Shown: piece after piece, positions 40,550 through 54,287 of the stretch
How the letters are laid out: every line of letters begins with the position of its first letter
Numbering within the stretch: the first letter of the stretch is position 1
Assembly (NCBI GenBank): GCA_002633005.1
Contig: NMRA01000549.1
Span: 141,062 to 205,061, forward strand
Length of the DNA: 64,000 bases
Origin: Phoronis australis
Taxonomy: Eukaryota > Animalia > Phoronida
Direction of reading: 5' to 3'
The notes under the pieces: model-generated
The model's input: the letters and a program-made list of their open reading frames with translations, nothing else
Database searches by the model: none
Told to the model about the DNA's origin: nothing
Program-made: the position numbers and the translations under genes

Positions 40550-41384
40550 GTTCAATTAGTCTGCCAGCTTTTGGTGAACTTGTTTTGTCAAGTGCGTTCT
40601 CACTGCCTTTTGAGCACTAAAAAAACTGGCGGTTTATGTCCACGCCCTTAATAAAAAATTAACAACTGATGTTTCATCATGCAACGTAAATCCAAAGGTT
40701 TTGCGCTCGTAATGAGTTCAGACACATATGCAATATCAACATGTAAAGGCTTGCACCCGAGTGTTACTCAGTTATTTTGTCATGTAATCTTTTAAGAAGG
40801 ATGAGCGATTGTCTCTAACACATGTAAATCCGCGAACCGTAAAATGCGCCAAAAATATGTTAGTTATGTGCTCCATATCGGTTTCACATCAAACAGCTCG
40901 CAGACCCCGACCACGTCATTCAGGTGTATGCGCGGACGCTATAGAGATACACAACAACAGGTGTTAATTATCCACAGTTTGATCTGAACAACATCCATAA
41001 TTAAAAACTGGCATTGAGGTTACGAGAAATCAGCTCGACTCTTCACTGGGCTTACGGGCGTAGCTAGAAGCGGGAGATAGTGACGTTGCCGCCCCTTCCC
41101 AAGACCGTCGCGAACTTGTCCCCTAACCCCCACATAAACAATTTTGTGCCAGTCCTTCAAGCCGTTTATGCCCTCTGGCCACATAATTTCAACTTTTTGC
41201 CACGCCCGTCATTTGTGCGTACCAACGGTCAGTCCTAGTTTTGCGCCGCTATCCATAAGGTTGTGCATCCTTACAGGATCTGCCTAGCCCAAGCGCAGAA
41301 ACCTCTCGGGGAAATGGGGGTATCGCCTGACCCCCTTCCACAAGAAAAAAACTTGTGAAGCCGTATCCGTTGGCTAAACCTAAG

Positions 41385-41452
41385 CATGGGCGGCGCACCA
41401 TAGGGGGCTGGGGTGCTATAGCCCCCACTTTTTCAGTGCTGCGCCGCCCATG
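41385..41452 (+). mobile_element. Tiny MITE, 68 bp, perfect 13-bp TIR CATGGGCGGCGCA, 5-bp TSD CTAAG
   Basis: ctaag|catgggcggcgca...tgcgccgcccatg|ctaag. Confidence 0.9.
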
Positions 41453-43700
41453 CTAAGGCGATCTGGTGTCTAAGTCAGGCGTCGAGCGGTCAGCACTCAC
41501 ATTTTCTTGGCCCCAGTTGAAGAAAAAAAAACTTTAGACGACACTATCCACATTCACCAGACAAAGATAGAAAATTCTTGGAATAACATTTCAGAATGTT
41601 ACATAATAGATCAAACAAATTTTGTTCTCACACAAGGCGTTTTTAGAGCATTGCTGCGTTTTGTACGCTCTCGGTGAAGCAAAATAAACAGCTCCACACC
41701 CCTTCTAATGCATGTGCAAAATGGACAAGTTATTGGCTAACCAGCATCAATAAATTTTCGGTCAAGCTGAGTGCGACCTTGGCATGAGCTTGTCAGGATC
41801 AGTATCACTTAATATGAGACTAAACGTCGTCCTGGTACATTAATAGTTTTTGGCCATATGAAATGACAACTGTTCACCATTATACTCGTGTATGTACCTA
41901 TACAATGTCAGACATTCGCGGCTTCACACAGCTTTTTAAATTGCGAAACTGAGCCAAACAACTATCTAGTCAACGCAGTAAGTTTCCAAATAAGAAATTG
42001 AAAGCAGTCAGCCAACTGACAATATTTTAGATTGCACGAAATCGACCGTGTGCTGGCACCGGCCGGAACTAGGCTATGTCAGAGGTGATCAGGGCTGCGT
42101 GAAAAGACACTCGGAAAAAGCAACATCACGCAAGTCTTCGCGAGATATCGCCATGTATTTTAAGTACAGTATGGGATCAAACCAGTTTTACTCAAGAGTG
42201 TTTTACAGGATACATACAAACACCATCATCGTCAACAAGTAAACTTACAGACAGTTATTTTCTCAATGGAATCACGTGATGCACCTAATTAGAATAAACA
42301 TGGAAATCAATGAGATTACCCGTTCAGAAAATCTATATATCTTATCACACACGTGATCCAATATAGCAATGAAAGAAAGGTCATGGAACTTTAGTAGGAA
42401 GCGAGGGTGTAACGAAATGGAATGGTCGTTCACAACTGGGTTCTGTCACATCTGAAACACTCATTCCGGCCTATTCCACCGTGGGCTACACTTAATGGCG
42501 AAACAAAAACTAATTATCTGCTGTTATTTTCTTGGTGTGTTTTTGTGTAATTCGCGATGAAAAGTAAATATTTTCATGAAGGTCATTTTACAAAATTTGA
42601 GAATCGTTTGGCTTGAGTTGCTAGCAAAACATTTTCCAAACTCTAACACAAATTCCAGACTGCCCCGGCCCGAGTAATAATTTCTTGAAATAGTTGGCGA
42701 CAATCATGAACAGAGTAAAATTATTAAGTCTAACTAAAATTTGCAAATTAGCTCATCTTACTTGAACGAAAGACAAATGACCATTAACTAATAGTATGTT
42801 TATCTGTTGCAACTTGTAACTATTTGTGGAATGTCAGAGAATGACGTTTTCACCAGATGTCGCTGACAGTTGTGCAGAAATTACACTGAAATCCTGGTGT
42901 GACAAAGAACGTATCTGTGTAACGTTTCTTTGATATCAGCTTTAGGGAAATGAAATACCGATTTTCTTAAAAACAAATAAAAAAATTGGCGAGAGCTTTA
43001 TTATACGTATAACAAACAATTAATGCGTTAAGAGCACTTTTTACCGTGACAATTTTACCTCATTCCGACTAACTTCTCTAGCGCACTTTCCCCCATTGAA
43101 TATAAATATGTCCAAAAATATTAACAAAACCATTTGAAATGTGGTTACCAGAAAATAATGTAACATATAACTAATGATATTATAATTATTTGTCTTAATT
43201 TTTGTTCGTGGCCCTCCAGGGTTTCTTTTACAAGGCACGGAAGTTAGGAAACGTGTGGCTGACAATGGACTGTTATAGGCAGAGAAGCGGCGAATGGTTT
43301 TTTCCGAACATCTGACTTTCTTACAAACTGCGCATGCTTCACAGAATGAATACTTGTCGTTTAAATACTACGTCTTGTATTCAAATCCAACACAGCTTCC
43401 ATTAAAAAAAGCGTTGAAACAATTCTGTTATTGTTCTAATTCTTGGTTAAATAAGCTTTCATGTCAGTGCTGGAGTTGCACAACTATTTGTATTTGAAAT
43501 CAAAACTCGAAAATATTTCTTGTCTGCGCTATTTGTCAACTGTGGCACTTTTGGTTACTTGTACGCATTGCAAAGCAATTTTTGGGATTCCCGGAAAAAG
43601 AAAATAACCATTACTGAGTTCCCACTAAAACCAAGTCCTGGTATTCTTATTTTGTGAACATTTTGGGTCTTCATTTACTATTCAGAAAAGAACATTAGAT

Positions 43701-43701
43701 G

Positions 43702-43745
<44 letters not shown>

Positions 43746-43747
43746 TG
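43701..43747 (+). repeat. (GCGT)n tetranucleotide microsatellite
   Basis: About 11 perfect gcgt units. Confidence 0.95.
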
Positions 43748-45158
43748 TTTGCGCTCGCTCGCTCGTTTGTGTGTGTATGTGCGTCTCTGAGTATGAATGT
43801 TAATACGACAACATTATGTGTGTCTGCAGAAGTTTCACTGTATCCAGCACATCTGTACACTTGAAAGTTTTTTCTTACAACCTACAGTGTATATCCAAAG
43901 ATTAAATACTCTTTAATATGTTGTTCCCTGGGCGGTATTTAATATATGCTATATCCCTACTACACAATTTTACAAATTGAAAATAATGAACAGGGAACAA
44001 CATCATACTAATGAAACTAAAAGTCAGATGTTTGTCTATCCAAATCTCAACGCTGCCGCTGTGAGCCTCATCACTTGAACCTGAGAATCCCTGCTGCCGA
44101 ACAAATTTGAATCACAGACGATGTTTTGTAATTTGTAACATTTGGTTGAAGTCATGGCATTTGACTTTTTTAACAGCATCCGCAAGCACTTACTTAGAAC
44201 CGCGCATTGAAACGGCGGAGAAGCAAACCTGCACTGTATAACCAGGTACACTGTTTGAAAATTGACGAAACTAAAAGTGGCAGAATTCAGCTGCTTCACC
44301 ACAAAATAACAGCACCTGATGCTGACCAGAACTTGATAGTTCATGTATGAATCCGCCTTCCATCATGGCAATCAAATTTTGATTAAGACCACTAATCGTA
44401 ATGATACTGGTCTCAACTTCAGGCTTCGAAAGGACTGACATTTCGTTATTTTTGAGACCAGACTGGCTACAAGTTGACTTCTCACGGCGGGTCATTTCAT
44501 GCAACTGAGAAAAATTTTATAGCGGTAAATCGTCTAAATCAAAAGTTCGTATATTAATACAAGTAGTTCATGGCCGTTATAAGAATGGGCTGGGCTGCAT
44601 AAAAATGTATTAACAAAAAATAATTTGAACCTCGATGATGCGACTCTAGCGTTTAACTTGCAGTCATTTCTTTTTATAAACCATAGATATCGCATCTCAA
44701 AGACAGTTGTCGTGTGCTATTTTTACGAGGCAGGCGTCTATTTAGTCATTCATCACGATTCGAGCATTCAGGCTATTATTTTCTATCTTAGTCGCCTGTC
44801 TCGTCACCTATCTCGTAAAGGTTCCACAACACTACTTGGCAATAAACGAGATAATATTGTAGCATCGGGTTTCATCCAGGTGTGAAAGCTCTTTGAGCTG
44901 TTACCAGACGGTCAGTAAATCAGCGAGTTTGTAATAAATTTGTTTAAACGGCTGGCTAGATGCTAGGATAGCATCAGAAATTTTCCTTGGCATACATGAC
45001 GAGGCTATGTTCGAGAGGCCAAATTTTAGAGAGAGGTCAAATAGCAAACATCAACACAAGCCCAACCAAAGAAGATGCTTTTAGACATGAGTGAGTCAGC
45101 GTGAATGGTTACTCGTCTGATCGTATGCAGACGAAAGCATTTCTCCCATCTACAGTAC

Positions 45159-45356
45159 CATACGCGCACCCAGGGGGAGCTCGGGGGCTCGAACGAGGCC
45201 CCCCCCCGCCCCCATTTGGCGAAGTGGGCAAAAATGTCCGCGTGTGAGAAACAAAAGTTTCGAGAAAATGTGACAAGTCCACTAAACAAGCACAAACGCG
45301 CAATTCACAACGTTAGGAATTCGAGCCCCCCATGTTGAAGGCTGGGTGCGCGCATG
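45159..45356. mobile_element. 198-bp MITE with CA..TG ends and 5-bp TSD AGTAC
   Basis: agtac|catacgcgcacccag...ctgggtgcgcgcatg|agtac. Confidence 0.85.
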
Positions 45357-46562
45357 AGTACCTCACATACACCTAACGTTTTAACTTGTAATCCTACACA
45401 AATTGTTCCAGCAACAGTAGGTCTTTTCCTGGAATTTCATTCTACTTTTTAGTTAAATGGGTTCTAAGCGAAACATTGGGCGCGTTTACATGTATTTGCT
45501 TTGGGTCCAAAGAACCGTGTAAAATACAGTGGAAAACCCAATGAGCTATATATTTATCTCATTGGGAAAACCTGATATTGAAAACGTGGTTGTGTTTGTA
45601 CATAGGCTCCTACCATAGACATCACATACAGTATTAAGATATGGCACGTGCGGGGCTTACGTTTGAATTGCTGGTGTGGGGACACGTCTGCTTTTTAATG
45701 GAGATTATTGCTTTGCTTTTATCATTTGTTTGTCTTAAAAAAATAAAAGATCTGGAATTGATACTTTCAATTTTACACGATCGCATTACGTTTGCAGTCG
45801 AACTCATATGCAGTATTTTTAAGTATAAATACATCAAACAAGTTTAATGTTAGCTTGAAATTCTAGAGTTTTGTGCACGCCAGGGTGAACACAGACTGAC
45901 CTTCCATTGGCAATCGATTTTTCCCAGATGGGTGTTCAGAAAAGTATGAACATGAATTTGTCAGCCACTCAGCACCCTTAACCCGAGCAGCAGCAACAGT
46001 TTTTCAACTGACCCTGTTGACGTAATTAGACAAGCGCGAGGTTCGGTTGTATATCCAATCAGCAGACAAGAGTGCAAAACGTCAAAATGAAAGAAAACTT
46101 GCAACGTCCCTCGCACCTTTCCCCAAAGTTTTTTCTCACTAAAAATAAGTACGGATCCAACGCATCAGAAGAACTTCAATATCCGAGACTCCAGAAGTCC
46201 GTTTTTTGTCTACCAGTTGGCCCATGATATTCCAAAGGAACTGCTACCTCCTACAGAAGTGAATTAGCGATCCGCATAAAACAGCTCGACATAACGAATC
46301 GATAAATGTAGACTTCGCCGGAGAAATTGGTTATTGGCTGGAAAGTCACCTCAAAATCTGAGACGCTTCTTTTGTTGCAGTCTACCACTTAGACAAAGCT
46401 TCTAACAAAACGCTAACTAATAAATACTAGTAGACATCGATCTCACCTTTTCTTATTCACCTTCTTTAGACAACACATTATTTGTGAAGACTGGGGGAGC
46501 TTTAGTTAATAGTCATGAATACCTCGATTATGGTAACAAAATCTTTTAAACTAAAGTGGATG

Positions 46563-46978
46563 GTGTAGTCGCTTAACATCACGATGTCAGACGTAGTCCC
46601 TTGGCTTCGCATCATCAGATGTATAGTCCCCTTACCGTCACGCAGTCAGATGTAGGTCAAATAACCTCCCGCAGTCAGATAGTCCACTAAGTCTCACACT
46701 GACAAATGTAGTCCACATAACCTCATGTTGCTAGATGCACTATGGTCCCGTTGGCCTCACACTGCCATGTGTAGTCACCCTGATCTCTCATTGATAGTCC
46801 ACTTATAGCCTCCTGTGGCCAGATGTAATCCAGATAGCCTCACGTTGTCAAATGAAGTCAACTTAGCCTAACATTGCCAGGTGTAGTCCAGTTAGCCTCA
46901 AGTTTTCATGTATAGTCCACTTAGCCTCTCACTGACACATGTAGTTGCACTGGCCATACAGTGCCAGGTGTAGTCCCC
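46563..46978 (+). repeat. Degenerate ~29-bp minisatellite (~14 units)
   Basis: Consensus approximately agatgtagtccacttagcctcacactgcc, repeated head-to-tail without unique spacers. Confidence 0.85.
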
Positions 46979-49900
46979 AGGGTATCACATTTAACATGAT
47001 ATAAAACGATTAAAGAAACATATCCAGATTCTTCAGCCTACTGTACTATAATTACGAATCGATGCCAAACCATTATTGATCCTTAATACATGTAAATGGG
47101 TAATTTACTACAATTACTAACTGGTAAGTCGCATCGTTCTGATGATAGAAATTAAATGTATATGTCACTAAAATGAGTATTAGCGTATAGTTTTGACCCA
47201 TCGGAGGCGGGACTAACGTGTCTGGCTGCATCCAAGGGTTCAGTATTGTCATTAGCAAGTTGATTGCGGACGAGCAGCGAAAATTCACATTGCGGAATTG
47301 ATAACTTGTCTGCGATATCGATTATATCCTACCAATCCTAATTTCATTTCAGGGGGCAATTTTATACACCTATTTGTAAGAATATCATGGCGTGTATTTT
47401 TCTGATACCGATAGCAATTCTTGTGGAAGGGTTCTGTTCCGCTCAAGATAACTAGTAACCAGTTTATGGAAATGAAATTTTCCCCACAGCAAGCTTTTCA
47501 TATGCCGTAAATGATTCGTTTTTGAATCGTCGCCATAAACAAAACTACAGCTAAACTTTTAAACTGACTTACAAACTTTCGATATGTTTAAAGCAAATAT
47601 ACAGGTTAAGAATAAGAATGCACTTTGGTTTATTTTCAGAAATATGAACTCAGCAAATGTGTCGTGGGGAGAGGGAACATTTAAATCACTTTACCGCAAA
47701 ATTACGCATAAAGAACATAAATTTCAAATTATTTGGTTGTTCTGCTGAACCTCGAAATCTCTCATCATACTAACACATGATTTTGACATAAACATAAAAT
47801 GAAAAGTCACTGAACCATCTGAAATCCAGACTCATTTAATTTTGAAGAACTGAATAGGTGATCAAAACATGACGATGAGATATAGCGATTGAAACGACTT
47901 ACCCCCACGGGCTCGCGTGAAATAGTCCTTCAGGAGACAAACACCGCCGATTAGTTACTTCACAAATAGTTCAGTTGGCCGCCTTTGAACGAAGAATCCT
48001 GTCTTTACTTAACGCGCAACTAATCCAAGTTCCGGGTAAAGACGGGTCCTTTCAACTGTTTTAATAACGTTTCGCCCTAAAAACATAGAATTCTACTCGT
48101 ATCATCTTGCTGCATTAACTGACGAGCTTTCGTTGCCAGAACAATCGGTATATAATTAAATGCCAACATCGCCACCTGGTGGCAACTCAACACACCTTAG
48201 GAAATTGTTTTATGAAGAGTCCCTCGCGTCGAAACCAGGTTGCGTTCCGTAAAGAAATTGTCAGGCAGAAAAAGCGATATCTTCCTCGCCAGACATCACC
48301 ACGTGCTCACACTAGTTGCCGGTGGCAGGGCTCAAATTAAGGGGAAACAAACACAGTCGTCTTGCAGTGCGCACTCAGAGCGGAGTAATAAGGGTAACGT
48401 GCCGGACCCTTCCATCTGAAATTCTACAAAACGAGAAAGCAAATGTGACATTTGCGTAAGGTAATTTGTAGGCATGCAAATCAATAGGCCTAGGTCTATT
48501 GTCCTGCCTTTAGCCAACGACATTAACGGAACATGATCGATTTTACTGCCAAAAACGTATTTTTGATATTATTATTGGATGGGTTGCAATATTTGAGACT
48601 CTTAACTTCGACTGGGGTGACAAGACAACAAAACCTGTTGTCTTTTTGATTACAAATCGTCAATTTTCGCGGTTATCTGCCAGGCATTTACTGAAATCAA
48701 GACCGGCGTCTTTACCTGTTCAATACTGATCCACTAACATTTATTGAGTGAAGTTTGTTTCTATCAGCTGCGATAGCTGAGGCAGTGTTTGTTCGATTTT
48801 GCATTGAGGCTGACCTCAGAAAATCGCTTTTCTTGCCGCTATAGTGTAACTATAATAATTTCGACTACAATCTTTTTCAAAAAGGACAATAATTCGTCTT
48901 ACTCGAGCACTCCGGGTCGCAAAATTAACCAGACCTGTCAGCAAAACGGGATTGCGAACTTGAAGCTCCGGACAATATGAGCATGTTTTTTTTTTCAAAA
49001 TTTCTCTTAACTTTGAGGACACAATGGAGGACCTACATCGGTACTGTCAACACAGTGTCCGTGGTTGACCTCATGTAATGCAACGATCGTATTCGCGTTA
49101 GGTGCGTACACCGTACAAGTGCCGTGACCACGGCATACAAGCACTCCCTCATTGTCTGCTGGATCCGCTGTTGAGGCATCCACCGCCCACTTGCAATACG
49201 TACCTGTATGTAATCTCGGTCCGAGCTGCAATCTTAAGAAGCCAAAACACCAGGATAACTCATTAAACGTTTTATCCCTGTGATGTTTTCTTATGCCAGT
49301 ACACAAGAGGCATTTGTAATTAGATTAAAACTCAATAAAATATCCTAGAATTCCTGAATTGTCACCAGTTGCCGGTGGAGGCGGAGGCAATGCTTTAATT
49401 AAACGCAGACGCACATGTTACGAGTTTTTAAATCTCCGTCCTCGAACCAGTCGACCGCGATAAAGCAGGCTTTGTTTTATGCTGGATAGGGTGTCCTGAA
49501 AACGATAAGATTCAAGCACTGAACGGGGTTGTCGGAGATAATCCGCTTAATGATAGATTGCGTTGTGAGCGGGTCAAGAATCGCGATTTCAGGGCGATTC
49601 GTTCACACAAGCTGTAAACAAATGTACTCCAGTAAACATTTTTAGCAGTTAAAATTGTACTTCCGCTTCTCCGTCTTTTCTGTAAACATTGTTCGGTCAA
49701 ACCCTTTACCATGGGTGCCGCACGTACCCGGAGTGGTTTATCAGTGTGATCGCTGATATGATAATAAAATTAGAGAATAGCAAAAATCCTTCAAAACATT
49801 TTGATATTTCAGTACATACACAAAACGTACTGAGAGTGACGTAGCTGATATAATATCAAACGGCAAGACAAAGTTTCGGGAGCGAGATGTAAACAGGACT

Positions 49901-50179
49901 GTTCAATACAAGCAGCGCCACCTACATGTACTATATGTATGTGCTTCGCGTTACGTTACAAGTTTTCTCTAGAGAAAGAAACGGTTTTAAATGTCACGAT
50001 TTATTACTTGAGAGGAGATAATAAAGATGAAAACAACGGGAAGTGTGCATTGAACTTGTAACATTTCCTGAAAATAGTTATATTACACCAATATTTAACA
50101 TTGTAGTTTAACCGAGGAATCGGTGCCTCAGTTGCAGACGATGTAATATTTAGGAAATAAAACTGAGACAGTTGAGTGT

Positions 50180-50640
50180 TATTTATACTGCTGAAACTTT
50201 ATCTTCTTTAAACTATTTTGGAAAACTTTGATGATCGAGCCGGCAGTAACGACGTCGAGTCGGCATTGGCCTACCTTTGAACTTTCTATGTCAGAGTGTA
50301 TTGTTAAAGTAGTTCCGGGAGTGCAATACGGAAAAACAATATCGCATGGCCGTATTGCACTCAATTTATTCAACGCATGTGGGATAACTTCTTGTTTCAT
50401 ATATCCATCACAATACGGCCGTTATCAAATCCATCAGAAACGAATGAGATTCTGTTCTGTATCACATGCGCGCTCGTTTCTTACACGAGTCGCCATTACC
50501 TGTCCGAGGCTCCATGCACTTACCAGCACTAGAAGCAATGAAGTGCCACAAACACGGGTTTTCTGCGCAAAAATGTCAAAATGCCTTATAGGGCCGTATA
50601 AAAAAAACGTCACAAAATGATGTTCACAATTTTGCTCCGT
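50180..50640. repeat. Probable non-autonomous repeat with an internal inverted repeat; boundaries uncertain
   Basis: gagtgcaatacgg (50319) / ccgtattgcactc (50350) stem, plus a third caatacgg copy at ~50411. Confidence 0.35.
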
Positions 50641-52899
50641 TCTTTTATGCAAACAGAATTAAATGTCGAATCACAAAAGGAAACAAACTAATCCGATGGG
50701 ATTAGTAAAACAATATGATGTACAAATATATGAAACTTAAAGTCATTTATTGTATATATTGTGAGATATTTCATTCATAAAAATCGCGTTAGTAAACATC
50801 AGAATAGGTTGAGAAATGAAGGCTGAAATAATTTGCGGTTGCAAAGCAACGTGCTCCCTAACGCCGAATATTATTTCCCCCCACTCAGAACTTGACCTCT
50901 CTTTCTAATTACATGTTGTTTTATTGGCATCATGTAAAACCACAGAAGATTATAAGGGTGTCTTATTCTGTCATCGGAGGCGGTCACTTTCAAGGATCGA
51001 CAGTAGATGTATTTCTACTTATATTTTTTCATGGCAGTGGTATGAATGATATGAACGCCCCAGATACAGTACCACACCCATTTTCACTAAGGAACACTTG
51101 AATTAACTGAATTTCATAACGATAATTGGTCTAAATCAAAACTTGTTCTTTAATGAAAGCACGCTTTAACCCTTGTCACGCACTCACTCTCGTATTCATT
51201 TTCATGTACTCGTTAGTAACAGTAATCAGCTGGCCCTCATGGTGGCGCAGAACTTGTGGATAGCGGCGCGGTCCCTCGCTGGCTGTTTTACATTACGAAC
51301 CGTTGCGACACGATCACGCTGACGAATTCCATATTCACTAAGAATTCATTTTTTTTTCATCGGTACATTTTAATTTGTCGCTTGCTTCGCGCAAAATCCC
51401 TGGGTGTAATTGTTTGTTTAAAAGATCCAGAATTTAATATCAAGCAGACATTTTAATACCTGTAGATATCCTGAAGATTTGTCTACCTCTTAGACACCTA
51501 TCACCAACAAGTAGCACATTATTAATGACTTAAATACATGTAGTGTCGCCGAATTTATTAATTACCTGAGTACATTTGGTGCGATGTAAATAATAAATCG
51601 CCAATTATACTTAAGATGTTTTGTCATGACGTCTAAGTCGTCTATGTGGGAGGTTTCATTACGCAAACGGAGACAGAGGTGATGATTAACATCCATCAAA
51701 ATTAATATCAAAAATGTGTTGACATATTTTCGCATATTTGATTACTGCTAATTATTAATTACAGTGTCACTGTCAATATTACCCACTATCAACGTGGCTC
51801 GCTTTAATTTGTATTGTATTCTAGCCCTCGTCATTTCCAATTCACTGTCCATTCACTAAGTGTTTTAAACGACCAAACAATTCAACCAAACATGATCAAG
51901 CTCAGGTAGCCACCGAAACTGAACCACCAGTGACTTTATTCTTTATTATTCTCTATTAATAACAAACATCTGAATGTACAAATGAAAACAATTGAATGCA
52001 CGTTACCTGAGATTTAGCAGCGTCAGGTGTATTGCATGTACGTTAACACACGACGTAATGACGTAATAAAAGCACCGAGCTGGTACAAGTGGAAAGTGTG
52101 CTCATTCATAAGAAACGTCTGAGTGAATGTACCTGGCTGGTGAGTTCACGGTAAAGCGAACAAGGGAGGTAATTGTTCTTGCTAAAAATAGTAACTAACC
52201 ACAAGATAAGCGAGTTATTGTCAATTGAGAAATTCCTAGTTTAAAGTAGGTAAAATACGTACCGTTTTTAGTATATTTCCATTTCCTACGTCCACAGTAC
52301 ATCTCGGGTTCGCTGCATAAAAGCACCAAGTCCCAGTTCAGGGTCTAGCAGTTCGTACACGTCGTGTACATTGAACAACGAGAAACGTCCATCGACCTAC
52401 ACGCGCACGTACACTGATTTCTGTATACAGTATTTGCGCCTAGTAATCTTCGTTTGTAAACAAATCATAAATTAAAAATCAAATTTATTCAGGAATTGAT
52501 GACAATCATTCTTTGCCTCTTTGAAACGACACTGACACATTGACGATATGGTACCTTATTACAGATTAACTATTCAAGCTTGTTGACAGAGGAATATTTT
52601 GAGATAATGAAATGGATTCGCGCCAAGAATTCAAGACTCACGGATATGCCCTAAAAATGGCGTTATTTCCGTATCCTAGTAAGAGCACAGGCAAAATTTC
52701 TGGGCTCAGTTTACTCAAAACAACTTCTATCAGTGAACCACTGAATATCATTTGAGGCAATCACTTCCCATTTAGTCCACAAAACTGCCGTCAAACCCGA
52801 CCACCTCATTTTAGTAATTTTTGGGCCTGTGCTGTGGTCTTACACCAATTTTAAAAGGAAGGAAGCGTATGCCTTGTGGAGAAATCACAGATGATTAGA

Positions 52900-54283
52900 C
52901 TGCTGCCTGGCCAACTAAAGATACTACCACTGGAATCTTTTGACGAGTCAGATCACCTACCAATCTCTTGCTCTTTGAAATCCTATTATGAATGCTCTGG
53001 CAGTATTGCTTCTCTGTTGACTATCAGGGGCGGATCCAGGATTTTGAGTTGGGGGGCAGGGCAGAGTATTAGCCCGGATTTTCCTCGTCAGATATTCGCA
53101 CCTCCGAACCGCCAAATGGAAACTGGACACTGACTGTGAAGTTCATTCTTGCAATGAAGTTCAAATGGAAAACCGAGAAGAGACTTCCGTTCGTCGAAAA
53201 TTTTAATTCAATGTTTGATGAGTTCATCACCCAGTTTAATTTCTGTTTATATAATAATTTCATTGACGAGGCTATTGATTTGTTAACTAATTTATATAAA
53301 ACTGCCGCCTATAAAATGATTGTTCAGACTCGTCCTTTTATCGAGAAAAGTTGGCCACCTTGGTGGGAAATTGAGTTAAGAATTTTAAAGAAAGCGAAGT
53401 GTGCAGCATTGAATAGATTTAGAAAATTCAATAACAGTAAATACCTCACTCTTTATAAAGACCTTGTTAAATGATTTAAGCAAAAGTTTAAGGAAAAATA
53501 AAACCTTTCTTGCTAATCTGGGTAGTAAGTTGGTTGAACTCAAAAACAACCCACAAGAGTTTTGAAAACATCTCGTAGTAAAAACACTGATCAAAACTCG
53601 ATCTTTCCGAACCAATGGTATTATTATTTTAAGTCTCTATTCAACCCTGTTACCCAGGTGGCCAGTGGCATTGTCACAGAAACTGAAAGGAAAGCGGCTT
53701 GCATGTGAACTGTGTTGATTGTCTTAACACTACCCCTGTATTATTGAATCAGGCGTTTACTGTGGAATAAGTTTTGAGTGTTATAGAAAAAGTGCCGAAC
53801 GGCAAGGATTGCAGTGGGCATCGATGGCCTTACTTTTGAATTGTTTAAACAAACTAAAATGGTCATCGCACCACCTTTAACTGATATGTATAATAAGGTA
53901 TTGTCTTTTGTGTTTACCCACAGGTATGGTGCAGTGCTGCAATCTGTCCACTATTTAAACAAGGATCGATTAATGGCGAGGGTAACTATTGCAGTATTGC
54001 GATGTCTGTAGTTGGAAAATATTTACTAAAATCATAAATAGTTGCCTTACCATTTGGGCAAATGAAAACAATTTGATCCATGAATCTCAAGCTGGATTTA
54101 AATGTTATAGCACCGCTGATCAAATTTTTACTTTACAAGGTATTATGCGGAAATATATTTCAAAAAGAAGGGGACAATTTTATGCTCTTTTTGTTGATTT
54201 CTCCTGTGCTTTCGATAATATTCCACATAATTTGCCGTGGTACTGGTTTAAAAATTAGTTTACATGGCAATGTTCTAACGAAT
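52900..54283 (+). pseudogene. Decayed non-LTR retrotransposon (LINE) ORF2: end of the APE endonuclease, linker and N-terminal RT
   Basis: Motifs ESDHLPI (EN C-terminus), PPWW, GIDGL..ELFK, KIFTKIINSCL..W..NLIHESQAGF, STADQIFTL and FVDFSCAFDNIPH. Many stops and frameshifts. Truncated at a TTAA by the Kolobok insertion. Confidence 0.9.
53025..53132. mobile_element. Small CAGGGGCGGATCCAG-type MITE inserted in the LINE
   Basis: Flanks actat/actgt form a 5-bp TSD with 1 mismatch. Removing the insert joins ORF 52876 to ORF 53136 in frame (..LLT-VKF..). Confidence 0.65.
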
Positions 54284-54287
54284 TTAA

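Noticed and set aside
46563-46978. CRISPR-like array
   Set aside because: The units are contiguous and homologous along their whole length. There are no unique spacers and no cas genes, and the context is eukaryotic.
48200-48245. Hammerhead-ribozyme-like tgaagag...cgaaac
   Set aside because: The CUGANGA core is imperfect and I could not form stem II or the flanking stems.
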